63,695 bases of DNA, filler included, from Octopus bimaculoides (GCF_001194135.2; 6 parts of 5 records of this genome joined end to end with filler, not necessarily neighbours in it), one strand, 5' to 3'. Numbered from the whole stretch's first letter, positions 10,225-23,344 are shown. Made by a program: numbers and translations. Notes: a model not told the origin generated them from the sequence alone.

Positions 10225-10677
10225 TATATGAAATATGAGGGCGAGGAAATACGACGGTGTTATTTAGTTGTTATGAATTAAGTAATCGATTGATTAGATT
10301 GTTCAATCAATAAGCTAATGTCACTGTTTTATTGTTGTTATTGTTGTTTTTGTTTATCCACACACCTCACTGTTCCACACCGCCTCAAGTCGGTCCTGAT
10401 TAAACAGACAGACATGAACATAAAAGGGTATTCCAGCTGGGATCATCACATCTTTTTCTTTTTTTTTCGCCAGGTATATTCAGGATATTCCATATGTTCT
10501 TCCGGAAGTTGACAGGGGGAACTTTGTGAAAGAATGGTTGACTCTTTCTTGCAGGCCGACTTACAACATAAAGGCGCTATCTATGGTTCGTTTCACTGTG
10601 TGTATGTATGTGGAGAGGTTTGTTTGGTTTCTATCGATTGCTGATTGGAGATTATTATTATTATTATTATTATTATT

Positions 10678-11985
10678 AAAACGGTGAGCCGACAGAATCG
10701 TCAAGCGCTCCGGACAAAATGCTTAGCTGCATTTTATCCTGTTCTTTACGTGCTGAGCTCAAATCCCACAGAGGTTAACTTTTCCTTTCGGGGTCGATGA
10801 AATAAGTACCAGTTGAGTACTCGAGTAGATGTCATAGATACCCCTTCACCTCAAAATTGCTGGCCTTGTGCCAAAATCAGCAAGAATCATTATTGTTAAG
10901 ACACCGAGAAAAGGCGGTAAGCTGGCACAGTCGTTACCGCGCCGGGAAAAATGGTTAGCGACATTTCTTCTGACTTTGTTCTGAGATCAAATGCCACCGG
11001 TGTCAATAAAATAAGTACCAGATGAATATTGGAGTCGATGTAATCGACATGCACCCTCTCCCACAATTGCTGATCTTGTACCAAAATTTGAAACCATTAT
11101 GAAGACCGGGGATGGGGAGGGCTGGCAGAATCGTTAACGCACCAGGCAACATGCTTAGCGGCATTTCTTTCGGCTCTTTCCGTGCTGAACAAGAATCCTA
11201 CCGAAATCATATTTACTTCCAAACTTTCAGGGTCGATAAAAAAAGTATAAGTCGAGTACTGGGGCCGATTTAACCAACTTGCCACCTCCTCTCATAATTG
11301 CTGGCCTTGTGCCAAAAGTTGAAACATGATTGTTAATAACAAAATATGCCTTGTGATATTTAGTTACGTTCCTTTACCATTTGATTGCTATCGAATTCAC
11401 TTGATATCTTTTCCCAGAAGATTAAATAAAACATCGGTTAAATATTCTGGATGATACGATCGGTGGATTGAAAGAAATGTTAGTGCGCCTTGTAGTAGCT
11501 CTTTCTTTCAGAGTTCGAATTTCGTCAAGGCCTATTTTTCTTTTCCTCTTTCCAGGGTCGATAAAAGAAGGTATCAGTCAAATGCTGTGTTCGATGTAAT
11601 CAGCTTTCTCCTTCCTTCAAAACAGCTGGTCTTGTGTCTGAATTAGAAATTATTATTAACAAAATACTTCGCAGGGGTTAGTCACGTCTCTTTAGGTTCT
11701 GATTTGAAATTTCAGCGTGGATGAGTTTGCTATTCTCTAGTGGATAAAATAAAGTACTAGTTAAATGCGATGTCACCTCGCCTTTCAGCCTTCTGCAAAT
11801 CTGGCTGGTTTGATATTCCTACAAAGGATCTTGGTTCTGAATGGAATTATAGCGAGAAACGAAAAATTTCTCCTTCACCTTTTCCCAAGAATATATAAAA
11901 AGGTACAAATCAGGTACTGAAGTCGAAATAATTCATCGCCACCCACAATTTTTAGCTTTGTGTCTAATTTGAAATCATTATCATC
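10678..11985 (+). mobile_element. Cluster of about six same-orientation SINE family A copies (10678-10893, 10911-11100, 11101-11335, ~11455-11660, ~11670-11790, ~11805-11985)
   Basis: Recurring gtcgataaaataagtaccag / gccttgtgccaaaatttgaaac modules separated by ATT-rich tails; the copies further right are more degenerate. Confidence 0.85.
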
Positions 11986-12284
11986 ANNNNNNNNNNNNNN
12001 NNNNNNNNNNNNNNNNNNNNNNNNNNNNNNNNNNNNNNNNNNNNNNNNNNNNNNNNNNNNNNNNNNNNNNNNNNNNNNNNNNNNNNNNNNNNNNNNNNNN
12101 NNNNNNNNNNNNNNNNNNNNNNNNNNNNNNNNNNNNNNNNNNNNNNNNNNNNNNNNNNNNNNNNNNNNNNNNNNNNNNNNNNNNNNNNNNNNNNNNNNNN
12201 NNNNNNNNNNNNNNNNNNNNNNNNNNNNNNNNNNNNNNNNNNNNNNNNNNNNNNNNNNNNNNNNNNNNNNNNNNNNNNNNNNNN

Positions 12285-12490
12285 GCACCTCCTCTAATGG
12301 GTCTTATCAGAAACAGCTTTCATTAAAATTACCTGATGGATTCTCAAGCGTGACCAGCTGCGACTCTGGATATTATACAACCATCTTGCTCTTGGTCTGC
12401 TCTTAGGTTTCATACCGGTTGGCTTAGCTTGAAGAATCTCTCTACGGCATGCTGACCACATGTCAGGAACTATAAAAGAAGACATTTTTA
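12285..12490 (-). mobile_element. RTE-clade (Rex3/Expander-like) LINE 3' end fragment
   Basis: ILQAKPTGMKPKSRPRARWLYNI...W-x-RL-x-I matches the RTE C-terminal motif G-x-RPRGRPR-x-RW-x-D. Confidence 0.7.
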
Positions 12491-13329
12491 ATAAAAGTTA
12501 TTCTATAACAACCTCTTTGAAAAGATGGTCTCATTTAGCTACCTCGGTGCAAAACTGTGACTAACAACTTAAATCATTTACATTCACTATAATATATGTT
12601 GTGAAACAGCAGTCAAGTAACGTAGTCCTCCATTACAATTCCATTCACATCAACGATCCATTATAGAAACTGACGTGCATTCCTCCAAATCCAAGTGGCA
12701 CCGTAAAAATTTCTAAGACATTATAAAGATTCTCCATCAGAGACTCTTTAAATGAATATATGCTCACACTTGGTTGTGTGCATCTACAAAGGCACATGTG
12801 AGAAGTAATCATACACGAGCGCGCACACACACATCCACACACACACAACACTTGTCAGTTACCGTGTATTGGAGGAGACGATAAAACATTTTAACCTTTT
12901 CTTTTCTTTTCTTTTCTTTTCTTCCCTTCCTTTCCCCCGTTCTTCTTATGCCCTTATTTTACCGACACATCAAATGCAATGGCTGTGTTATTCGTACTGA
13001 AAAAACGCAGTCCTTATTTGTAGTCAAGCAATACAGACGAAAACTTATTCATCGTGTGGTGCAGATGTTTTCCACTTTTGTGTTTTTACCACCCGAAGTT
13101 AATTCCCCTCATCCACCGCTATTTGAACCCTGTCTTCATACGATGTTTCTTGGTTAAACAGACTGAAATTACGACCACCTGTAGTTCTAGTTCGATGTGC
13201 ACTGAACAGAAATCCTTTTTTGTATTCATACGTATATATTACAGGGACGGCCAGTTGGACAGGATCCGGATCGAAGCTATCCTTAGAAGAAGTCTTTAAG
13301 AATGTAACCTCCATCCATGCAGCGCACTT

Positions 13330-13550
13330 GACCAAGCTGTCGCAGACGACGCTCGGCACGCACGCCGGGAAAAAAAGCTTAACGGCATTTCGTCCGTCAT
13401 TACGTTCTGAATTCAAATTCCGCTGAGGTCGACCTTGCCTTTCATCCTTTCGGGGTCGATAAAATAAATATCAGTTGAACACTGAATCGATGTAATTGAC
13501 ATACTTCCTCTCCCGAAATTGCTGGCCTTGTGCCAACATTTGAAATCATT
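13330..13550 (+). mobile_element. SINE family A copy; other copies at 14226-14453, 56236-56440, 58132-58312 (minus), 59200-59410 and 61026-61245
   Basis: Same diagnostic modules as the arrays above. Confidence 0.9.
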
Positions 13551-13574
13551 ACTATTTTTATTTTATTTATTCGC

Positions 13575-14180
13575 TTAATTCCTGATTTATCTATGTCTAT
13601 GTCACGTCTCAGTTCCATACTGCAGCTTAAAGACGCAACACTTTCCTCAACAGATGAGCTATTCCAAGTATTGCTGCCATCTGAATACTTCCTAAGAAAT
13701 TTGGTATTAGCAGCGTTTGAAGCCAGAATATTGCTCTTTTTGAGATGGTCCCAAGTGCACCGATCACAATAGGTACCATATTTACTTTTGAGACTCTATG
13801 GATTCTTTTCACTTCCAATCCTAAGTCTTGGTAATTTTCGAATTTCTTGTCCTTTGTCTTCACAATATTCTGGTCTGCAGGTATATCTACACCGATGCAG
13901 GTCCATTGTTTAGACTCCTTCAGTTGGAGAGTGATATCTGGTCGGTGGCGCTGCAACTTTTTGTCTGTGTATATTGGTATATCCCATCTGATCATTCTCT
14001 GCTACTGGCAAAGGTTGGTGCTCATACCACTTGTTGGAACATTCTAGTCAATACATATTCGCACTGCTACTTTGTCATCGCATTTTATTTACCTCTTTTG
14101 GTCTAACTTTGAATATTCACTAATTATATGTTTATTACAGATGACTTTCCATAGTCTACACAAAGGTGATACTGCTGTCT
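13575..14180 (-). mobile_element. R4/Dong-clade non-LTR retrotransposon 3' fragment (restriction-like endonuclease)
   Basis: RWDIPIYTDKKLQRHRPDI (PD motif), KFENYQDL and VPIVIGALG...AAILG-x-AHLLRKVL; the upstream zinc-knuckle remnant is frameshifted. Confidence 0.85.
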
Positions 14181-14453
14181 TATCAATGCTACATTTGATT
14201 GAGTCAGTTCGTAAAACTAGTCCTTAGGCAGCAAGAATCCATCCTTCCGTGCCCTTCGAGATTGCAGAATCGTTAGCACGTTGGAGGAAATGCTTAGCGG
14301 TATTTCGCCCGTCGTTACGTTCTGAGTTCAAAATTCCGCTGAGATTGACTGTGCCTTTCATCCTTTCGGGATCGATAAATTAAGTACCAGTGAAACTCTG
14401 GGGTCAATGTAAACGACTAGTCCCCTCCGCTCAAATTTCAGGCCTTGTACCTA

Positions 14454-14858
14454 TACTCTTTTACTTGTTCCAGTCATTAGACTGAGGCCATGCTAGAGCA
14501 CCGCCTTTAGTCGAGCAAATCGACCCCAGGACTTATTCTTTGGAAGCCTAGTACTTATTCTATCGGTCTGTTTTGCCGAACCGCTAAGTTACGGGGACGT
14601 AAACACACCAGCATCGGTTGTCAAGCGATGTTGGGGAGACAAACATATACACACACGCACATACATACACATATATACATATATATACATATATACGACG
14701 GGCTTCTTTCAGTTTCCGTCTACCAAATCCACTCACAAGGCTTTGGTCGGCCCGAGGCTATAGTAGAAGACACTTGCCCAAGGTGCCACGCAGTGGGACT
14801 GAACCCAGAACCATTTGGTTGGTAAGAAAGCTACTTACCACACAGCCACTCCCACGCC
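14454..14858 (-). mobile_element. Full-length composite CORE-type tRNA-SINE (family C; probably the Octopus OR group) with an internal TA/TG microsatellite
   Basis: tRNA-like head, CORE-like accttgggcaagtgtctt and (GAGTAAAA)n tail. Further copies at 36460-36904 (+) and 43506-43889 (-); partial copies at 155-355, 34625-34760, 53940-54102 and 57760-57953. Confidence 0.88.
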
Positions 14859-14898
14859 TATCGAAAAGATTATTATTATTATTATTATTATCATTATT

Positions 14899-14985
<87 letters not shown>

Positions 14986-14986
14986 T

Positions 14987-15900
14987 TCTCTTTATCACAG
15001 GTTTTGTTGGAGCTCCTGGAGTGTTGCATACGTAGCAGGCTTACTACCTATAGCCTACGGTACCATGCTAATCGTTCTTTTCAGCTATCTAATACTTTCC
15101 TGATTATTTTAGCCGTGCCAAGGAGGCAAACCTTTTGCAACAGTTCTACTGGGCACTTTATTCCAATTTCGTTTATATTCCTCTCGAAGCCTTCTGATAC
15201 TGTTCCCAAGAACCCAACAATAATTGACACTATCTTCGCCTTCTTCATTTTCCATAGCCGGGCTAATTCGTACTTAAAAGGTTACTATCTTTTCGCCTTC
15301 ATTTTTTACTATTCGTAGGTCAAAGGCGCATGCCACGTCAACTATATAGCATATGTGATGCACCATGACCACCACCACTAGGTCCGGTCTGTTATGCTCT
15401 AGCACCTGATATGTTTGGATTGGGAAATCCCAGAGAATATTGATCGTCTCCGACTCTGTCGCTCTCTGCGGTTTGTGCTCATACCACATCTTACCTCTCT
15501 CTAGCCTCCACTTTTCGCACAGTTTCCAATGTAGAACGTTCGCTACCTGATGATGTCGCCACAACTTGTAGTGGTTTTGGGCAAGTCTAGGGCATTCGTT
15601 TGTGATATGGGCAATGGTTTTGTCCACTCTATTACAGGTGCAGCACAACAGAGACAGCTCATTCCACAGATTGACCCTCCAGTTATCATGGCCAAAGTTT
15701 GGTCTTGCACTGCCAGTATAGTGCTCTCCGTCTCTTGTTTTAGTGTGCCATTCTTCAGCCAATCCCGCTTGTTTTATCCAGCAATTTCTGTTGGGACTAC
15801 ATGGAATTCATTGTGTAGCCCTTGTCGCATAATTCTTCTTCATGTCCTTTTTGTACTTATTCCTTTGTATATAGAGAGAGGGACAGAGAGATGGAACTGT
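14987..15900 (-). mobile_element. Second R4/Dong-clade LINE 3' fragment (CCHC knuckle plus RLE), ending at an (AAT)n/(AAC)n tract
   Basis: C-x-x-C...TIAHITNEC, RHHQVANVLHWKLC, WYEHKP, ILWDFPIQT...HNRPD and LQKVCLLGTAKIIRKVL; the 3' end abuts the microsatellite at 14869-14985. Confidence 0.88.
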
Positions 15901-16694
15901 TGTGGCAGGCAAAAGATTGTAGTAGACTACGTTTGGTCAGTTCTTGTGGATTGTAGTGGGATATTTGAAGGAAAGGAAATTCTTGCGGTAAAGGTTTGTG
16001 TGTATATTTTTAAAGAAAAATGTACTTTGTCGTTACATGTTTTAAAAGAAAAAGAACTTTGTTAACTTTTGTTAACTGTGATGTTAACTGGTGGAAAAGA
16101 AAAGAAAAGAAAGAACTTTGCTAACTCTTGTTAAATGGTTGAAAAGAAAAGAGAGAACTTTGTTGTTACATGTTGTTCAAAGAAAAGAAAAACAAAGAAG
16201 TAAAAGAACTTTTAATTGACTTGATATACGAATTCTGATTGTAAACTTTTGATTACGTTAAATGCTTGCATGCGCTATTGTTACATGTGTTATTTCAGAA
16301 TTATTGTTATGCAATGTTTTGTATTGTGATGTAAAGAAAGAAAAGTTAGTTTCACTACGCAACGTATGGTCCGTGTTATTTCTTCCTCCTTGCCTGTTGT
16401 CATCGTTNNNNNNNNNNNNNNNNNNNNNNNNNNNNNNNNNNNNNNNNNNNNNNNNNNNNNNNNNNNNNNNNNNNNNNNNNNNNNNNNNNNNNNNNNNNNN
16501 NNNNNNNNNNNNNNNNNNNNNNNNNNNNNNNNNNNNNNNNNNNNNNNNNNNNNNNNNNNNNNNNNNNNNNNNNNNNNNNNNNNNNNNNNNNNNNNNNNNN
16601 NNNNNNNNNNNNNNNNNNNNNNNNNNNNNNNNNNNNNNNNNNNNNNNNNNNNNNNNNNNNNNNNNNNNNNNNNNNNNNNNNNNNNNNNNNNNNN

Positions 16695-16736
<42 letters not shown>

Positions 16737-16807
16737 GTGTCTAGGGAGAGTTATTATGCCAATATTATTCACATAAAGAATCTTGCAAACCAGATACACA
16801 TATGAAG

Positions 16808-16841
<34 letters not shown>

Positions 16842-17259
16842 TGTATGTGTGTATATATGCAGACACACGTATATCAACACACGCAGACGCTACAAATGAC
16901 ACCTTTTCCTTTCTCTAACGCACTAACATTAACATCCACATCTTCAACAGGTCAGCTTCTTGCACTACGTGTTCCATTAACGACAATAACAAACATAATA
17001 TACTACAACCACTACCACCATCAAAACAACCATCAAAATATTCCTTTCTCTGAACTGTCTACTAGATTTTATTATCTTGCTCTTTAGCTCAACCTACCTA
17101 GTATTGTCTGTCTTCTGTGTATATTGCCCCGCAGTTGCGTAGAGTTTATAGTTATTTGATAAAAGAAAACGGTGCATGCCAAATATACTGAAAGAAATGC
17201 TTTGAATTATTTTCCATTTTTCTGTTTATTTCTGAGTCTTTCTGTTATTGTCATTTTGT

Positions 17260-17341
<82 letters not shown>

Positions 17342-17619
17342 AAGCACAGACACGCACATATGTATCAACAGAGATACATACACGTACAGACCACATACAA
17401 GTATCATATGTTAGCTTTCCATAAGTAAGTCAGAAGAAAAAGCATCTTCAATATAATCAATAGAGCTGGGACCACATAGACTCTAGGCAGGGTCTAGAGA
17501 TGGAACGAAAAATAGCAGAAAATATTTTTCAAGAGGAAAGAGGAGTTATTTCTCGTGGATTAGTGTTAGCTGTGGGCGAAGCATGTAAACTGTATGCGTG
17601 TATAGAGTTCAAAGATGGA

Positions 17620-18790
17620 CAAGATCAAGATGCAAAAATAAATTTACGCTGATGAGGGTTTCACCTGAAAGTTTCACTTTTCGAGTTGAAGTAAGCGCTC
17701 AAATCACGTGAAGTTTATTAGAATAATTCTCCTCTCCACCTAGCTGTGACTGAATCTTTTACTTCCACTAGGACACACACGGCTAAGAACATTCCAGTAA
17801 CTAAATTGCCGTATAGCTAACTAAATTTGTAGCATTACACCTCCCATAGGTTTAAAGTGCTCCGTTGCCTTGACGTATTTTTGTACACGCGTCATCCCAT
17901 TAGTGTTGGTTGACTCCATTTCTGCTACGTTTTGTTTTGCATTAACTATTAACTCAGCGGTTACTATAAACTCTACATGAGCCACAGCTTGTGGGTACTA
18001 ACTAATATGTTTTGATACTTGGTGTGCAGCTGAACGAACCCAGTAAGTTATGTCTATTAAATATCTCACTAATCTGTGGTCCAGCGTCAACTCTTTGTGC
18101 ACTAATCTAAGGAAGACCCTACCCACTTAGGTAAGAAAAACTGCAACCAGATGACTTTGCAGCGGCACTTTTCTTGTGGGTGTTGGGGCTGGGCATGTAA
18201 GTAATACGGCCTTGAAACTGCTGGTTGCCAAAAGCCTCGTCATAGAACGGAGTCTACTTTATCGAAGACATTTATTGAACGATAGATTCGAGATACTCCC
18301 ACTGACACCCTTTATCAGGTTTTTAAATACGATAAGCGAGTCACAGGCAGCTGTGTTGATGTACGACAGTTTCTCGTTTGGTTTTGTGTAAAGATCGTCT
18401 GAAACTGTGCCCAGATCGAGTGTTACATCTAATTAAGGTTTGGTTAGTCTCTATTGTAATCTTGGGTCTTAGAAAATTAAGAGTGTGTATCAGGTTTTTC
18501 CTGAGCTTGTCCATCTCTAGAGATGGCTAAAATGTTGGCTCTACGTAAGCCAAAGCATATTCAAAGGAATTTTGCATCTAGGGTCTAGTATAAAGAAGCC
18601 TATATGGTCGGAGATATACTCACTGCCGTCAACATAAAGTTTATGCATCTCCATCATAACAAAGGCTATGCGTTTCCAGTCATAGCTGGAAGCTTGATGC
18701 TTCAAGCATCACCAATGTTTGAAAAGTTATCGATATTGTCAAGTGGCAATATTCGGCACGAAACCAACGGTAACATTCTGACAAATTTTA
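17620..18790 (-). mobile_element. Degraded Penelope-like element: RT C-terminal half, linker and GIY-YIG endonuclease
   Basis: Manual translation with frameshifts gives DGSEYISDHIGFFIL, KITIETN, LDVTLDL...YTKPNEKLSYIN, ISNLS, FNRHN...SFSCTPS, WNVL...SGSKR and NSKSE...HQRKF. Confidence 0.75.
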
Positions 18791-19558
18791 TGCCATAACA
18801 ATGTAAAATATTACTTGACGATGAAAAGCATATAGTAATTGAAAGGTCACTGACGTCGCATTTAGCTGGTACGCTGAATAAGATTTCGTTGTATACAGGG
18901 GTGCTACAAAGAAGTTAGATAAAATTATATGTAATGAAACCAGTAGTACCTGCCCTAGATATAGAAGCAAAGACAGGAATAGGATACAAAGGGTATGCAT
19001 CCCACCCCAAAATAGGATACAGATAGACATACAAACGGATAGATACATAGGTAATATGGTCAGACAAGCACACATACACACACATACGCAGATGAAGTCT
19101 GAAACACATGACCATATACACACACTTCACTTCATACAAGGACACATATAGAGACACACGCCCACACATGGAGATACACATTCATACACACAGACACAGT
19201 GAATAGTCACCCCCCCCCGCCACACTCACTCAGACATGCACACACAAGGAGACAGAGGTACACACATAAGCACATGCAAACACACACACACACACACATA
19301 AAAACACACGGACACGAACACACAAACACATGAATATGCAGAATACATACATACAAACGTACACACACTTACATGCATGCATACATATATACATACATGT
19401 GTATGCGCACTGACCCACACACATGCGCACAAACAAACAGAAGGAACGCAGCTTAAGTAACGGACAGAGTCAACAACTATTGCCAGAGTCACATAATGCC
19501 GAAAAGGAAGCCTATACAAAGCGTGGAAGGTTAAAAAAAAAGGTTAAAAAAGAAAACG

Positions 19559-19597
<39 letters not shown>

Positions 19598-20266
19598 GAA
19601 AAAGTCACCAGGAATAAGTAAAAAGGTAAAATATTAACAAATTAATCTGGTGAAGGCGGAGTATATATATGATGCAAAGAGGATCAAACAGGTGTTGACA
19701 AATTAACTTAGAAGCACCTCTGTGTATCTTAGGCGAACAGGTTACTCCGAAAGATTACTTAAATATTCCAGATTCTTTAACTGGTATATATAGCGGTCTA
19801 CACAAAGTTAAACGATCATTTACTGAGCGGAGGCATCGTGTAAATGCATATAAGTATCAGTTGTGTAATCGGTACATATTACGCTGAGTGTCATTTAGTA
19901 AACAAATAAGAATGGATAGCTCAAAACATTACTGCAAGCGTTTCGGTAACTTGGTTATTTATGAATAATACAAAGTGTATTACATAACGTTACATAGTTC
20001 TGTATTGTGTAACCACCCTATTTCGTCAGGTGATATTCTGCTTTCAGTCGGCGAAATACCAACAAATCTGGTTTTATTGCAACGGGGAATTACATAATAT
20101 TATGTTCTTTTCATTGTTAAAAAATAACCATGCTATTGAAACGCATGAAGTAGTGTTTTGACCTATCCATTCTTATTTGTTTACCACATACATACATACA
20201 TGCATGCATACATACATACATACATACATACATACATACATACATACATACGTACATACATACATA

Positions 20267-21551
20267 TTGGGTCATCCCATAAATAATGCAGTTTTTTATA
20301 CTTCTTTTATTTTTCAAAATTAAGAATAACAAAGTTCTTTTTTAATCTAAAATATACTATTGAAACGCATGAAGTAGTGTTTTGACCTATCCATTCTTAT
20401 TTGTTTACCACATACATACATACATGCATNNNNNNNNNNNNNNNNNNNNNNNNNNNNNNNNNNNNNNNNNNNNNNNNNNNNNNNNNNNNNNNNNNNNNNN
20501 NNNNNNNNNNNNNNNNNNNNNNNNNNNNNNNNNNNNNNNNNNNNNNNNNNNNNNNNNNNNNNNNNNNNNNNNNNNNNNNNNNNNNNNNNNNNNNNNNNNN
20601 NNNNNNNNNNNNNNNNNNNNNNNNNNNNNNNNNNNNNNNNNNNNNNNNNNNNNNNNNNNNNNNNNNNNNNNNNNNNNNNNNNNNNNNNNNNNNNNNNNNN
20701 NNNNNNNNNNNNNNNNNNNNNNNNNNNNNNNNNCTTTTAGCGCTGACTTAAGCCGCTCAAGCTGTTGCAGTAGATCTCCTTTGTTATCGTTTGGTTTGGG
20801 TTTAAAAGTTCAAAGTGGACTAAACCTTTCATATCCCACTAAACAGATAACAACTCTTTACGTAGATGAAGACCTTCTTTAGCCTGGGATGCCAGTGTTT
20901 CTCCTTTCCCTACTCAGTCTTGGACATTTGACATTTTTATAGAGAACCTATTTCTCATCACCAGTCACTATTCGGTCCAAAAGTGGTTCATTCTTGAGAC
21001 GTAACAGCAAAGAAGAGCACACATTCACTCTCCGCGCGTGATTAGACACGAAAAGTTTGTAAGGAACCCATTGACTATTTGCTGACTTTTTCGATGGCAC
21101 GCAGGTATCGATGAATCGTTGAATGACCAAATCCAAGCTTCTCAGCTAGTTCCTCAACGATTTTGTTCCACCAGTGTTTGCAGGATGTGCTCGTTGAGCT
21201 CTACAGATCTTCTAGGACGAGGTTCGTCTTTTAGGCTGCAGTTGACACTGGCTTACGCTTATTGTCCGATACCCATATACTGCATTAATATTCCGCGCAT
21301 TTTCAGTTGCGTTGTTGCCTTTATTGAACTCATAACGCAAAATATGCCGAATACGTTCCTTTAGCACTTCCATTATAACTTTGAAGAAATAACTGTTAAA
21401 ATCGAACTGCACTCTTGAAAACTTGCACTATAAGTACAAGGTAAAATTACTACCTGCTTTTATAGCAAGTTGATGTAGGTTGTTTATCCCGTTCGCTCCG
21501 ATCTTTAGTTCATGCATCTAAGAAAACCGCATTATTCATAAGATGATCCAA
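20267..21551 (-). mobile_element. Full-length-sized (1285 bp) mariner with both TIRs and TA flanks, degraded and partly in an N gap
   Basis: TA-TTGGGTCATCCCATAAATAATGCAGTTTT ... AAAACCGCATTATTCATAAGATGATCCAA-TA; transposase remnants RHILRYEFNKG, WVPYKL and RIVTGDEK. Confidence 0.9.
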
Positions 21552-21557
21552 TACTCA

Positions 21558-21594
<37 letters not shown>

Positions 21595-22001
21595 NNNNNN
21601 NNNNNNNNNNNNNNNNNNNNNNNNNNNNNNNNNNNNNNNNNNNNNNNNNNNNNNNNNNNNNNNNNNNNNNNNNNNNNNNNNNNNNNNNNNNNNNNNNNNN
21701 NNNNNNNNNNNNNNNNNNNNNNNNNNNNNNNNNNNNNNNNNNNNNNNNNNNNNNNNNNNNNNNNNNNNNNNNNNNNNNNNNNNNNNNNNNNNNNNNNNNN
21801 NNNNNNNNNNNNNNNNNNNNNNNNNNNNNNNNNNNNNNNNNNNNNNNNNNNNNNNNNNNNNNNNNNNNNNNNNNNNNNNNNNNNNNNNNNNNNNNNNNNN
21901 NNNNNNNNNNNNNNNNNNNNNNNNNNNNNNNNNNNNNNNNNNNNNNNNNNNNNNNNNNNNNNNNNNNNNNNNNNNNNNNNNNNNNNNNNNNNNNNNNNNN
22001 N

Positions 22002-22800
22002 GGTACGATGAGTAAATTGTTACCATTTTATATTTTTAATTTCCAGCATGCGCATTGTTTGTTTTTGATTTTGTCGACTACACAGTATAGTTAGGTCAGT
22101 TGGGCACCGTTTGTGAGAAAAACAGCATCATGACGCAATTCACTCTGCCAGAAATTTGGAAATGACATGCTGTACTGCTTGGCATTCGCACCGGTAGCTC
22201 CAATACGAACATTTCAGTGTTTGGGTGTCAATCTGAGTGTTTGCCGTGTCCACAAAACGTACCGGGAGTGATAAACATCCAGTCAGCATCATAGTGTTTG
22301 GAGTGATGGCGACGTTATGCCTCCATTTATGTTCCCACAATGGCCTCAGACTCAACACGGAGGGTTACATCAAGTGCCTGGATGAAGTAATGCTGCCCTG
22401 GGTGTAGAGGGTAGCTGCTGGAAGACCCTATGTCTGACAACAGGATTCTGCACCATGCCACAGAAGAAAGAGAACCCAGTCATTGCTTTCAGACAATTTC
22501 TGCGACCACATCATCCTTAACATTTGGCTACCTAATCCGCCAGACTACAACCAACCTTGATTATTATGTGTGGGGCGCAGTTGAGCGAAAGAGCAACAAA
22601 ATTCCTTGTAACACCAAAGATAAATTGAAGGCAAGAATTTTGACATTTACCGACTTAAACAAGGAGACCGTCCAGAAGAGTTGCAGGAGCTTCCGAAGTC
22701 GTCTGGAGGCCGTGGTTGAAGCCAATGGTGATTTTATTGGATAAATTTACTCTTTAGTATTTCAAGATATTTAAGGATTTTTATGTAATTTTGGTAAATA
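22002..22800 (+). mobile_element. Internally deleted Tc1/mariner element of the DD37D (maT) type
   Basis: KHPVSIIVFGV...QQDSAPCH...WLPNPPDYN-x-LDYYVWGAVE. There are 37 residues between the second and third D after correcting one +1 frameshift. End coordinates are approximate. Confidence 0.8.
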
Positions 22801-22946
22801 TCCCGAAAGTTGATAGCTAACGGGAGATGGAGATAATCCCCTATTGTTTACTCTCATAGCTGAATGATGGCGGTACAAGCGGAAGTCGCTAGCCATTAGC
22901 GAAGGGAGAAAATCCAGACTTTCCCCCTCCATATTATAAAGAAGTC

Positions 22947-23046
22947 NNNNNNNNNNNNNNNNNNNNNNNNNNNNNNNNNNNNNNNNNNNNTTAATTAATT
23001 AANNNNNNNNNNNNNNNNNNNNNNNNNNNNNNNNNNNNNNNNNNNN
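22947..23046. other. Artificial scaffold-join spacer N44-TTAATTAATTAA-N44; the 12-mer also at 34897-34908, 43934-43945, 53884-53895 and 56020-56031
   Basis: The identical 12-mer, which has stop codons in all six frames, sits in the centre of 100-bp N blocks five times. Confidence 0.95.
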
Positions 23047-23117
23047 GTAAGTATGGACCAAATGACGCGAAGCATTTTTTCCGGCGTCTAATGATTCTGG
23101 CAGCTCACCTCTCTTAT

Positions 23118-23175
<58 letters not shown>

Positions 23176-23204
23176 GCTGCTGCTGCGGCGGCGACGGCGG
23201 CGGC

Positions 23205-23287
<83 letters not shown>

Positions 23288-23344
23288 GCGGTATTATTAA
23301 TAATAGAGGTAATGTTTGTAATAGTAGGAATTTAATTACAGTAA

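Noticed and set aside
11875-11985. KIVGGD peptide (trypsin-like start) here and in the ORF at 51529-51744
   Set aside because: The first is the antisense of a decayed SINE-A. The second has an in-frame stop just upstream and no protease motifs. The match is coincidental.
17645-17685. CTGATGAGGGTTTCACCTGAAAG hammerhead-like motif
   Set aside because: No stem I and no GUH triplet. It is the antisense of the C-terminal codons (NSKSETFR*NPHQRKF) of the minus-strand PLE.
22991-23002. TTAATTAATTAA recurring five times between N runs, resembling a regularly spaced motif
   Set aside because: Always centred in a 100-bp N block and encodes stops in all six frames; it is an assembler spacer.
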